Below are positions 40,088 to 48,950 of a DNA stretch of 64,000 bases, one piece after another. A model generated the notes under the pieces. That model did no database searches. It was not told where the DNA came from and saw only the letters and a list, made by a program, of their open reading frames with translations. The position numbers were made by a program, and so were the translations under genes. The DNA is from Candidatus Hadarchaeota archaeon (GTDB lineage Archaea; Hadarchaeota; Hadarchaeia; Hadarchaeales; JAGGTB01), in the NCBI GenBank assembly GCA_964384105.1, contig CAYLJV010000001.1, forward strand, positions 348,900 through 412,899, read 5' to 3'. The first letter of the stretch is position 1, and each line of letters opens with the position of its first letter.

Positions 40088-41069
40088 GTTAACAAATTCT
40101 GGCACGGAGGCAACAATGCACGCTATAAGAACTGCAAGAGGCTATACTGGTAAAGATAAAATAGTAAAAATGGAGGGGTGCTTCCACGGTTCTCATAATG
40201 ATGTACTCGTAAGTATATTCCCACCATTGGGCAAGGCAGGTCCAAGCTGGGCTCCTTCTCAGCATTTGGCTTCTTCCGGTGTTCCAGCGAATATAAAGGA
40301 AAATACATTAATCGCGCCCTTTAATAATATAGAGTCTTTAGAGAATCTTTTTAAGAAACATCAGGGAGAAATTGCGGCTGTAATAATGGAGCCGGTTCCT
40401 ATGTTTATGGGAGTAGTTCCACCGATGGATGGTTATCTAGAAGCTGTTAGGGAGCTTACTGAGGAACATAATGTTGTTTTGATATTTGACGAGGTCAAGA
40501 CTGGATGTAAAATTGCTTACGGAGGCGCCTGTGAATATTTCGATATAGTTCCTGATATGATAGCTTTAGGTAAAGCTATAGGGTGTGGTTTACCAATTGG
40601 GGCTTTTGGAGGTAAGGAAGAGATAATGAGTGAAATTAGTCATGGAGGTTCTGGGAAACATATGGGAACTTATAATGCAAATCCACTTTCTATTAGCGGC
40701 GGCTTGGCAGGTCTTAGGAGTCTAACGAGAGATGTGTACAAAAAAATGGACAAGTTAAGTGAAATGTTAGGAGATGGAATTCAAGATTGTCTGGAAGACG
40801 AAGGTATAATCGGCCGTGTACAACGTGTATCCAGTATTGGGGCAATATATCTAGGTATAGATGAAGAAGTGACGAACCTTCGAGAGGCAGCTAGCGTTGA
40901 TATGGCTTTAGGTTGGAGGTACTGGCTTTCGATGCTTAATGAAGGAATTCTTTTCTCGACGGGTACTGGTGCTGGCGGGAATTGGCATCTTTCGAGTGTT
41001 CATACGAAGCAGGATATAGAAGAGGTTCTAGAAAAAAACAGGGTGGTATTACAACAGATTAAGGATTGA
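39726..41069 (+). CDS. Class III PLP aminotransferase, GSA-aminomutase-like (paralog 2)
   Basis: Same motifs as paralog 1; central part diverged (GCFHG, PMFMG, GTYNANP). Confidence 0.9.
   Translation: MSKTLESILGEYKDKTSESKKVWERLRKSIVDGVGCAGRYYRPYPLVVDKAEGSRIWDVDGNEYIDFYFDWGPLVLGHSNPKIVKALKEQAEKGTMYGLPYEKLADYVEELKKRYPADLFRLTNSGTEATMHAIRTARGYTGKDKIVKMEGCFHGSHNDVLVSIFPPLGKAGPSWAPSQHLASSGVPANIKENTLIAPFNNIESLENLFKKHQGEIAAVIMEPVPMFMGVVPPMDGYLEAVRELTEEHNVVLIFDEVKTGCKIAYGGACEYFDIVPDMIALGKAIGCGLPIGAFGGKEEIMSEISHGGSGKHMGTYNANPLSISGGLAGLRSLTRDVYKKMDKLSEMLGDGIQDCLEDEGIIGRVQRVSSIGAIYLGIDEEVTNLREAASVDMALGWRYWLSMLNEGILFSTGTGAGGNWHLSSVHTKQDIEEVLEKNRVVLQQIKD
40710..40795 (+). repeat. 86-bp identical block shared with 38854-38939
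   Basis: Manual alignment. Confidence 0.85.
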
Positions 41070-41247
41070 AATAGATTTAGTTGTGTTTTTATTTTTTTCG
41101 CATGTAGAAGCAAATATTACACTTCTATGATGAATTTGACTGATATTTAAGTTTTATTTCAAAATTAGTAATTTCTTATTGTATTCATTGATAATATTTA
41201 AAAATAGAAATAAATGAAAATTCTAAATCTGAATTCTATGAAAGGTT

Positions 41248-41778
41248 TCAGCAGGGGGTAATTTGTAGTCCTCCGTCTTCTCTTAATTTAAAATGATAGT
41301 TCTTACAGTGGATATCTAGAATATTCAAGTTTCCTGTATTTTTTAGATCGATATTTTTAATAAAATCAAATTCAATTAAAAATCGATTTGGAACAAATTC
41401 TTTGTGTTCGGGTTCATTTTTCCCGAAAATTTTGAATATTTCACTTAGAGAGCTTGGGTCTTTTTTACTTTCTCTAAATATTTTTAGAGCTTTCTTTTCC
41501 GAAATTTCTTTTCGTTCTGTTTTGAGATTACTATTTTTGTCAATGATCCCTAACAAAAGTTTGTCTTCAAGTCGGACTATCGAGGTCGAAAAGTCTCCGT
41601 GGTTATCGATAATCAGCTCAGATCCTTCTTTCTTAAGCTTATCGAGAAAATCCTGCTCGTCTTTATTTTCTATTTTTATGTTTGTAAATTCAATTAGGTT
41701 TTCATTGAAGAATTCATAGGTCCACGCAATATTTTTTATTTTATAGTCCAATTCTCGGGTTAAATCTACTTTCTTCAT
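41248..41778 (-). CDS. Hypothetical protein (176 aa)
   Basis: ATG-started ORF with Lys/Glu-rich composition in an otherwise plus-strand region; no motif recognised. Confidence 0.6.
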   Translation of the reverse strand: MKKVDLTRELDYKIKNIAWTYEFFNENLIEFTNIKIENKDEQDFLDKLKKEGSELIIDNHGDFSTSIVRLEDKLLLGIIDKNSNLKTERKEISEKKALKIFRESKKDPSSLSEIFKIFGKNEPEHKEFVPNRFLIEFDFIKNIDLKNTGNLNILDIHCKNYHFKLREDGGLQITPC

Positions 41779-41978
41779 AAAATTTTCACATCTTTATAAT
41801 GGGTTTATTTTTACAAAATTTTAAAGTATATAATTCTTTGGCATATTTGTTCAGTACTTTGTTCTTTTTACTTTATATCTAATATCTACATTGAAACCGT
41901 GCTCTCTTTGTGATATCAAACATATTCATTACTGGACCTTCAGTAAGCTATATATACAACCGTTTGAGACTTTTACAT

Positions 41979-42458
41979 ATGCTTTACTTAAGACCAGAAA
42001 AATGTGTTGGATGTAGGTCTTGTGAACTTGCTTGTTCGTTTGAACATTATAAAGAAAATAATCCGGCGAGGGCTTTAATTTATGTTGTAAAAGAGGAGGA
42101 GGGTATAGACTATCCAGTCATATGTCAACATTGTGACGATGCCCCCTGTATAGAGGTCTGCCCTAAAGACGCTATTATTAGGGATCCTGATACAAATGCA
42201 GTAAAAATTCTAAGAGATGAGTGTATCGGATGTAGAGCTTGTATTAATGTTTGTCCTTTTGGCGCTATATTTGTGGATCCCAAAACGGGTGATGTTTTTA
42301 AGTGTGACTTATGTGATGGGAATCCTAAGTGTGCCGAAATTTGTCCCGTTGATGCTATCATATTTGATTCGAGGAAGGATGTTGGACCACGATTGCTCAG
42401 TCGTTCTAAGTCCAGTGATATTGTTAAATATATAAGAAAAGATAGGAGTGAAAAGTGA
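41979..42458 (+). CDS. 4Fe-4S dicluster (DmsB/NrfC-like) subunit preceding AOR 3
   Basis: CVGCRSCELAC, CQHCDDAPCIEVCP, CIGCRACINVCP and CDLCDGNPKCAEICP. ATG at 41979. Confidence 0.9.
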   Translation: MLYLRPEKCVGCRSCELACSFEHYKENNPARALIYVVKEEEGIDYPVICQHCDDAPCIEVCPKDAIIRDPDTNAVKILRDECIGCRACINVCPFGAIFVDPKTGDVFKCDLCDGNPKCAEICPVDAIIFDSRKDVGPRLLSRSKSSDIVKYIRKDRSEK

Positions 42459-44370
42459 AATGTTTGGGTGGAACGATACAAATTTAAGAATAGACTTGGA
42501 TCGCCAGAAAATCGTAAAGGAACCCTTGAGCGAGGAACTTGCAATGAATTTTTTGGGAGGGGCGGGTATAAACGCAAAGATTTTGTACGATGAGACTGGT
42601 CCAGAAGTTGGACCGTTAGATCCAGGGAACAGATTAATTTTTGGAACTGGTCCTCTTTGTGGAACTTTAGCTCCGGGAAGTGCTCGATACGAGGCCACTG
42701 CTAAAGGACCATTAACGTTTGCTTTTAGCGATAGTAACTCGGGTGGTCATTTTGGTCCAGAGATTAAGTACGCAGGTTATGAGCATGTTATATTTCAGGG
42801 TAGGGCAAAAAACCCGGTATACTTATGGATTGATGATGATCATGTTGAGCTAAAAGACGCTAGCCAATTATGGGGTGAGGATGTCTGGGTGACCGATGAA
42901 GTGATAAAAGAAGAAATTGGGGATCCAGATTTGAAAATTGCTGCAATTGGCCCTCCTGGCGAAAATCTTGTTCGCTATGCTGCTGTGATAAATGATAGAG
43001 CTAGGGCTCTAGGTTGGAGTGGTACAGGGGCCGTTATGGGTTCAAAAAATCTCAAAGCTATTGCTGTTAGGGGAACGAAAGGAGTTCAGTTGGCTGATCC
43101 AGAGGAATTTGAAAGAATAAGTAAAAAGTGCCGAGAAATGGTTTTGAATTCTCAATTGATGGAGACTTATGGCTACTATGGAAAACCATATTTGAACTAT
43201 TTGAGAAATGAACTTCAAAAATCTAATCCAACAAAGAACTATAAACTACCTAGAGTTCCTTCTTCCGAATTCCCAAAGGTTGGAAATGAGGCCTTTGATG
43301 AATTAATAATAGGGTGGAAATCTTGCTTTAACTGTCCTCTTCATTGTGGACATATGCTTGAAGCAAAATCGGGTCCTTATTCAGGTTTGAAGGGGGAAGG
43401 ATTTGAATATAACCAGCAGATCGATGGGCAGATGATGGGAATATATGATCTGAATTTTGTTCTCAAGTGGACTGTAGAAACGAATCGATTAGGGTTTGAC
43501 TGTGATGGTCCAGCCTATGCTATTGCATGGGCTATGGAGCTATGGGAGAAGGGTTTGATTTCTGAGAAGGATACGGATGGAATAGAGCTAGTTTGGGGAA
43601 ATAAAGATGCTGCTCTTTCTATGCTAGATAAGATAGCTAAGCGCGAAGGCTTTGGAGATTTACTAGCGGAGGGTATAGAAGTTGCGGCCAAAAAGTTTGG
43701 GAAAAATTCAAGCGATTTTGCTTATCATATAAAGGGTGGTAGGATTGAAATAGATCCTCGGACTGGTTGGGCCACAGCACTATCACATGCTACATCTACT
43801 CGTGGGTCAGACCATCTTAAGGGCATGCCACTTAGCGATGCTTTTGGTGTTTGGAAAGGAATCCCATATGATTTTACTGATGATAGTGATACTGAGTATA
43901 AACATGAGGCAGTGATCTTCTTTGAAAATATGAATGCTGTTGTAGACTCGATAGGTTTGTGTAAAAATCCTACGTGGGTGCAGAGCGAAGAGTGCCCTGG
44001 CTTGAATGAATTTGCGGCTCTTCTTACTGCAGCTACTGGTCACGAGTTTACAGCTGAGAAACTTTTGTCGATTGGAGAGAGAATATATAATGTTGAAAGA
44101 GCGTATAATGCGAGAGAAGGGCTTACTCGAGAAGATGACACCCCTCCAAAAAAATTCTTTGAAGAACCTATAGATACTAAAATAAAAGTATTGGATAGAG
44201 AGACATTTGAAAAATTAAAGGACAAGTATTATGATGCGCGTGGTTGGGATGTTGATACAGGTAGACCTTTGAGAAAAAAATTGGAAGAGCTTGGATTGAC
44301 TTACATAGCAGATGATCTGGAAGACAGAAATGTTGAGGCGCGAAGTCGTGGGAGAAAGGTGGAGGTGTGA
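42448..44370 (+). CDS. aor: Aldehyde:ferredoxin oxidoreductase family protein 3
   Basis: GGHFGPEIKYAGY, GAVMGSKNLKA, CFNCPLHC, GFEYN, DSIGLC and YYDARGWD. Confidence 0.9.
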   Translation: MKSEMFGWNDTNLRIDLDRQKIVKEPLSEELAMNFLGGAGINAKILYDETGPEVGPLDPGNRLIFGTGPLCGTLAPGSARYEATAKGPLTFAFSDSNSGGHFGPEIKYAGYEHVIFQGRAKNPVYLWIDDDHVELKDASQLWGEDVWVTDEVIKEEIGDPDLKIAAIGPPGENLVRYAAVINDRARALGWSGTGAVMGSKNLKAIAVRGTKGVQLADPEEFERISKKCREMVLNSQLMETYGYYGKPYLNYLRNELQKSNPTKNYKLPRVPSSEFPKVGNEAFDELIIGWKSCFNCPLHCGHMLEAKSGPYSGLKGEGFEYNQQIDGQMMGIYDLNFVLKWTVETNRLGFDCDGPAYAIAWAMELWEKGLISEKDTDGIELVWGNKDAALSMLDKIAKREGFGDLLAEGIEVAAKKFGKNSSDFAYHIKGGRIEIDPRTGWATALSHATSTRGSDHLKGMPLSDAFGVWKGIPYDFTDDSDTEYKHEAVIFFENMNAVVDSIGLCKNPTWVQSEECPGLNEFAALLTAATGHEFTAEKLLSIGERIYNVERAYNAREGLTREDDTPPKKFFEEPIDTKIKVLDRETFEKLKDKYYDARGWDVDTGRPLRKKLEELGLTYIADDLEDRNVEARSRGRKVEV

Positions 44371-44483
44371 TTCTTGGCCAATATTATTTTCATAGATTCT
44401 TTCCAAGATTTTAAAACGGAAGATATAAGCTCGGAATACCAACAGCGCATTGCAAAAATTATACAAAATGGAACTGATTACTA

Positions 44484-45467
44484 ATGATAGTTGATATTCA
44501 TAGCCATATTATAACTGAGTCTTACTTGGATGAACTCTCTAGTAGGAAGAATGTTCCGAGAATAGAAAGTAAGGGCGACGGAGTCTATACTATTCATTGT
44601 AGCGATTTTCTTTCTTACGACTTTGATGAAAGAATGTATGATTTAGATAGAAAGTCTGAGGACATGAAAAAAGCGGGGGTTGATATGCAAATAATTAGTA
44701 TAGCAATGCCAGGAGTTAATAATTTAAAACCAAAAAATGCTGTCAATCTTGCACGATCAGTTAACAACGAAATTGCAGATATTGTGGAGAAAAGGCCGGA
44801 TACTTTTGATGGTGTGGCCACTCTTCCATTTATAGATACAGAAGAGGCTCTAAAAGAGTTGGATAGAGCAATAAATGATTTGGATTTGAAAGGTATTTCT
44901 GTTTCATCTAATATAGCTGGTAGAGGCTTAGATGATAAGGCCTTTTGGCCAGTTTATGAAAAAGTTTCTAATTTAAATATACCTATTTTGGTACATCCGA
45001 CTGTTCCTATCATGGGAGATAAGTTGACGAAGTACGGTCTGAATACAGTTGTCGGCTTTGTTTTTGATTCCACAGTAGCTACACTAAATATGGTTTTTGG
45101 TGGAGTCTTTGAACGCTTTCCAGACCTGAAGGTTGTGGTTCCTCACGCTGGTGGAACAATTCCTTATCTCATCAAGAGGATAGATCATCAATATACGATA
45201 AATCCGAATTGTCGAGAGAAAATCTCAAAAAAACCTAGTGAATATCTGAAATCAATTTACGTGGACACGGCTCAATCTACTTGTGATACTTCTATGAACT
45301 GCGTTAGATCGTTGATGGGAATTGACAAGGTTGTTTTTGGAAGTGATTATCCGTTTTGTTCGCTTGAGGATTCTGTGAATTCGATTAAAGAGATTGGCTT
45401 TTCCGACGAAGAGCTGAATGATATATTTGTGAAAACGGCAGAGAATATTTTTGACTTATCAGATTAG
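44484..45467 (+). CDS. Amidohydrolase_2 family, ACMSD/iso-orotate-decarboxylase-like
   Basis: DIHSH, ILVHPT, VPHAGGTIP and FGSDYPF. Confidence 0.85.
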   Translation: MIVDIHSHIITESYLDELSSRKNVPRIESKGDGVYTIHCSDFLSYDFDERMYDLDRKSEDMKKAGVDMQIISIAMPGVNNLKPKNAVNLARSVNNEIADIVEKRPDTFDGVATLPFIDTEEALKELDRAINDLDLKGISVSSNIAGRGLDDKAFWPVYEKVSNLNIPILVHPTVPIMGDKLTKYGLNTVVGFVFDSTVATLNMVFGGVFERFPDLKVVVPHAGGTIPYLIKRIDHQYTINPNCREKISKKPSEYLKSIYVDTAQSTCDTSMNCVRSLMGIDKVVFGSDYPFCSLEDSVNSIKEIGFSDEELNDIFVKTAENIFDLSD

Positions 45468-45516
45468 TTTTTCTGTATTTTTAATAGATGATATTTTTCT
45501 TAAAATTAACACCATG

Positions 45517-45538
45517 AAACGAAAGTTTTATTAACCAC
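45517..45538 (+). promoter_or_regulatory. BRE/TATA promoter, class A (thiolase operon)
   Basis: AAACGAAAGTTTTATTAACCAC; TATA starts 34 nt before the start codon; matches 49087 and 55469. Confidence 0.7.
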
Positions 45539-45560
45539 TGAAGGGAAATTAATCTAGCTC

Positions 45561-46733
45561 GTGGTGAAAAAAGTGCGTGATGTTGCAATAGTTGGAATAG
45601 GTATGACCGAGTTTGGTCGACTTGATGGTAATCTTACAGATATTGCATGCGATGCAGCGCTTCAAGCAATGCATGATGCAAATGCTGAAGAAAAAGAGTT
45701 TGATGCATTGTACTTTTCAAATATGGCTTCGGGTGCTTTCAATAGCCAAACCGCTGTAGCAAGTTCAATTGCCGATCGTTTAAGTTTACTTCCTGCCGAT
45801 GCGCATCGTATAGAAAATGGTCCCGCTTCTGGGGGTTCGGGAATAAGAAGCGCTTTGATGGGGGTTGCATCTGGATTTCAAGACCTGGTTTTGGTAGTTG
45901 GTGCTGAAAAAATGACTGATGTGAGCGGAGATGTAGCTACAGATATTCTTTCTTCTATGAACCATCCTGAGGCAGAGTATAAACATGGAGTTACGATGCC
46001 TGGCATGGGTGCTTTGTATACAAGGCTTTATATGAAGGAGTATGGGGTTACGGAGGATGAATTTGCTGCTGCTGCCGCAAAGAATCACATTAATGCTACT
46101 AAGAATCCCAAAGCGCAACTTAGACATAAGGAAGCTACTATTGAGGGAGTAAAGGATTCAATAATGGTTGCAGATCCTATTAGATTGTATCATACCTGCC
46201 CAGTGACAGATGGTGCTGCCGCATTAGTTTTATGTCCGTTGGATATGGTTGAAGAGTTTTCGAAGAAACCTGTTAGAATACTTGGCTCTGGACAGGCTAC
46301 AGATACGATGTCTCTAGAGGAACGCGATAATCCGTTGAGGCTTAAGAGTGTAGAAATTGCTTCGGATGAGGCCTTTAAGATGGCAGGTTTGAGTCGTAAG
46401 GATATTGATATAGCTGAGGTGCATGATGCATTTATAACACTAGAATTAGCTGAATTGGAAGCAGCTGGATTCTTCCCTGCAGGGAAGGCAGGTAAAGCTA
46501 CTCTAGAAGGAAAGACAAAATTAGATGGCGAATTTCCAGTAAACACTTCTGGTGGACTAAAAGCCAGAGGTCACCCAGTAGGAGCCACGGGAATTTCCCA
46601 AGCAGTTGAGTTGGTTACTCAGATTAGGGGGGAAGCAGGTGAAAGACAGGTTAAAAAAGCTAAAAATGGTTTCTGTTGCAACTTTGGTGGATTTGGTAAT
46701 AATACTGTAGTACATATTTTAGGAGGGATCTGA
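45561..46733 (+). CDS. Thiolase-superfamily (SCP-x type) protein lacking the nucleophilic Cys
   Basis: VAIVGIGMT, ENGPASGG (canonical ExACASG), AEVHDAF, NTSGGLKARGHPVGATG and CCNFGG. Confidence 0.85.
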   Translation: MVKKVRDVAIVGIGMTEFGRLDGNLTDIACDAALQAMHDANAEEKEFDALYFSNMASGAFNSQTAVASSIADRLSLLPADAHRIENGPASGGSGIRSALMGVASGFQDLVLVVGAEKMTDVSGDVATDILSSMNHPEAEYKHGVTMPGMGALYTRLYMKEYGVTEDEFAAAAAKNHINATKNPKAQLRHKEATIEGVKDSIMVADPIRLYHTCPVTDGAAALVLCPLDMVEEFSKKPVRILGSGQATDTMSLEERDNPLRLKSVEIASDEAFKMAGLSRKDIDIAEVHDAFITLELAELEAAGFFPAGKAGKATLEGKTKLDGEFPVNTSGGLKARGHPVGATGISQAVELVTQIRGEAGERQVKKAKNGFCCNFGGFGNNTVVHILGGI

Positions 46734-46735
46734 AA

Positions 46736-47107
46736 GTGGCGGGAAATGAGATTAAAGGTTACGAATGTAAAAATTGTGGGAGGCTAGGCCATATTGCTGG
46801 AAGAAGGTGCCTGAGCTGTAAAGGAACAGAATTTGAGGAAATTAAACTGGGTGATAAAGCTGTGCTTAGAACATATACGCAGATTTACAATATCCCTGCT
46901 GGCGTGAATGTTGACCCTCCTCTAATGATTGGCTTGTTGGAATTTGATAATGGTGTCAAGGTCGTAGGACAGTTGAACGTTGATGACCCTGAGGACTTGG
47001 GGGTTGGTAAGAAATTCGAACCCGAATGGTCAAAGCTTAGGGAGATTCAAGGTAAGGAAGTTTTTGGTTTTAGGTTCAAGCTCGTTGAAAGCTCAAAGGA
47101 GGGATAG
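46736..47107 (+). CDS. DUF35 Zn-ribbon/OB-fold protein (thiolase partner)
   Basis: CKNCG...CLSC followed by an OB-fold region; directly after the thiolase. Confidence 0.88.
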   Translation: MAGNEIKGYECKNCGRLGHIAGRRCLSCKGTEFEEIKLGDKAVLRTYTQIYNIPAGVNVDPPLMIGLLEFDNGVKVVGQLNVDDPEDLGVGKKFEPEWSKLREIQGKEVFGFRFKLVESSKEG

Positions 47108-47109
47108 AA

Positions 47110-47799
47110 ATGAAAGAAAAAACATATCGTGGAATAGAGAGTAAGAGGAAAGTGAAGGATTTAGGCTTCGAGTATCTGGGCGAAGATATTGATATGCCAG
47201 TTCGTGGAACTGATGCGGACTGGGAAGAAGTTATGAAGCCATATCCAACTAGGAAAATTGTTCTACCCAATGGAAAAGAAATGATAGTCGATAGTATGAG
47301 TAAGGATGAAGTAGAGGAGGTTGCTGAGGCACTGCAACCTAAAACTGTTCAACATAGACAACTGTTTGATTTGATCTCCTCTGAACTGGTCACTGAACTA
47401 TACTTATGGCGAGAAAATAGACCAATGTGGAGTTGTCCACCGGAAAGTCATTTCTGTTTAGTTGGAAGAGTTGATGGAACTATTGTTGGTTGTTCGAACG
47501 GTGTATTAAGCGATCCTAAGGTGGGGAACAGTCTTCATACAGTTGCTATAGAAGAAGGACAGCAAGTAGGCGCTCAATTGTGGGGATGTAAGCTAGAGCA
47601 TTATTTTGATGTTTTGGGAATTGAAGCATTGCACGCTGCTGCCGAGAGTTATAGAGGAAGTACGGAGTTATTCGATAGATTTGGATTTAAAGAACTACCT
47701 AGTAAGATAACACACTTTGGTACTGGCCCTGAGCAGTATTTGACGAAGGCCCAATGGAAGCGAATAAGACCCGGTAAAATAACTGGCAAGAGGATTTAA
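47110..47799 (+). CDS. Probable GNAT-fold acyltransferase
   Basis: CLVGRVDGTIVG strand, EGQQVGAQL (motif A-like) and ELFDRFGF (motif B-like). Confidence 0.6.
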   Translation: MKEKTYRGIESKRKVKDLGFEYLGEDIDMPVRGTDADWEEVMKPYPTRKIVLPNGKEMIVDSMSKDEVEEVAEALQPKTVQHRQLFDLISSELVTELYLWRENRPMWSCPPESHFCLVGRVDGTIVGCSNGVLSDPKVGNSLHTVAIEEGQQVGAQLWGCKLEHYFDVLGIEALHAAAESYRGSTELFDRFGFKELPSKITHFGTGPEQYLTKAQWKRIRPGKITGKRI

Positions 47800-47976
47800 T
47801 TTTTCGCTTAGTATCTGTACTAGGTAAATTTATTTTTGATTTTAATATTTTATCTCTAAAAATGAATAATGGTTATTTAATGTTCTAAGCTTAAGGAAAG
47901 GCCAAGAGTAGTTGATTTTCTTAAAATCCAGATAATTTAGCACAAACTTGGTTTTGATTAGGGGTTTTAAAGAATT

Positions 47977-48525
47977 CTATTCAAGATAAATTAATTTAGA
48001 AAATATGCTTTTTGAGTTCTCTCTAATTCTTTGCAGATCCTCTTCACTTGGGAGTCCTCTGATATCCCCCATTCTTCCTTTAGTACTAAGTTCTTTGGAC
48101 TCGTGATGTTCGCTTAGAATATACCATTTGCTAAGTACGGAAAATCCTAAGTGTTCGAAGAATTGAGCAATGTATTTTACTGCGGGAATTGCTTCATCTA
48201 TTCCAGTGTGTGGTCCAGAATATGTACAGAAAATTAGAACATTTTTTCCGGGTATTTTAGGAGCTTTTGGTTTTATTCTCCCCTCTTTTCTGTATTCTTT
48301 AAACTTGGTTCTTAGGAAGGAGTCTAAGGGTTCTGCCGGATGCCAGTTAATTGAGGGTGAGCCTATGCATATTAGATCAAAATCAAAAAAATCAATCTGA
48401 TTAGCCTTATCCGCCTTCTTAAGTAAGACATCTGCTCCTGCATCTTCCAGACCCATCTTTACAGCATAAGCTACTTTCTCTGTATTTCCGGTGCTAGACC
48501 AGTAGATAATTGCTACTTTATTCAT
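47977..48525 (-). CDS. Flavodoxin-family protein
   Basis: YWSSTGNTEKVA FMN loop, IGSP, and FCTYSG. Confidence 0.88.
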   Translation of the reverse strand: MNKVAIIYWSSTGNTEKVAYAVKMGLEDAGADVLLKKADKANQIDFFDFDLICIGSPSINWHPAEPLDSFLRTKFKEYRKEGRIKPKAPKIPGKNVLIFCTYSGPHTGIDEAIPAVKYIAQFFEHLGFSVLSKWYILSEHHESKELSTKGRMGDIRGLPSEEDLQRIRENSKSIFSKLIYLE

Positions 48526-48710
48526 TTAGCATTCATTCCTTTACTTTCAAAATAAAGGTCATAAATTCAATTGGTTTATCCTGTCAATAAATAAAAACTT
48601 CTGCATAAAACATCAATATTTTCTAGGGTATTAGCCATACAAATAAGTACTAAATTTGTGTGATAAAAACCAGAATAGATAGATCACCTTTTGAAATTAA
48701 AACATCGAAC

Positions 48711-48930
48711 ATGAAGGGGCCGGGAACGTTACCTCTTTCGCGGACAGGTTGTTGCCTATACTTTAAAAAACCGGCTTCCAGCCGATACAGAGCCTGTCGG
48801 AGCGCCCGACCCCCGTGCCCCCGTAGCTGTGCAAACAAGGAGGTGAGAAACTCCTGCGGGAACACTTAATCCGCTTGTGTTGTTGAACCAATTCAATGGT
48901 AGAGAATGCAACACGTGGCGGAAGCGTGAT
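48711..48930. ncRNA. Candidate structured RNA element of unknown class
   Basis: About 54% GC (119/220 counted) within AT-rich intergenic DNA, with many stems including overlapping alternatives; no family recognised. Confidence 0.4.
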
Positions 48931-48950
48931 AATTGAAGTAAAATTTAGGT

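Noticed and set aside
37870-41069. Calling the aminotransferases hemL
   Set aside because: They lack the HemL-type VNSPVR segment (VGCAGR here), are duplicated, and have no tetrapyrrole genes nearby; kept as HemL-like class III aminotransferases.
45561-47107. Mevalonate-pathway acetoacetyl-CoA thiolase
   Set aside because: No nucleophilic Cys and no adjacent HMG-CoA synthase.
48815-48865. Cobalamin riboswitch (GCCCCCGTAGCTGT, GGTGAGAAA, GGGAA)
   Set aside because: The motifs are in the wrong order and the B12-box (GCCACTG, AGxCAG-AAGACC) is missing.
48650-48869. Two short overlapping ORFs (71 aa minus, 69 aa plus) across the GC-rich element
   Set aside because: No RBS, atypical codon and amino-acid use; explained by local GC richness.
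48711-48930. TPP or FMN riboswitch, RNase P, SRP RNA, or group I intron P4 (GCGGGAA...AATCCGC)
   Set aside because: No CUGAGA/CCUGAU, FMN core, GAGGAAxGUCC, SRP helix 8 or P7 GACUA/UAGUC signatures were found.
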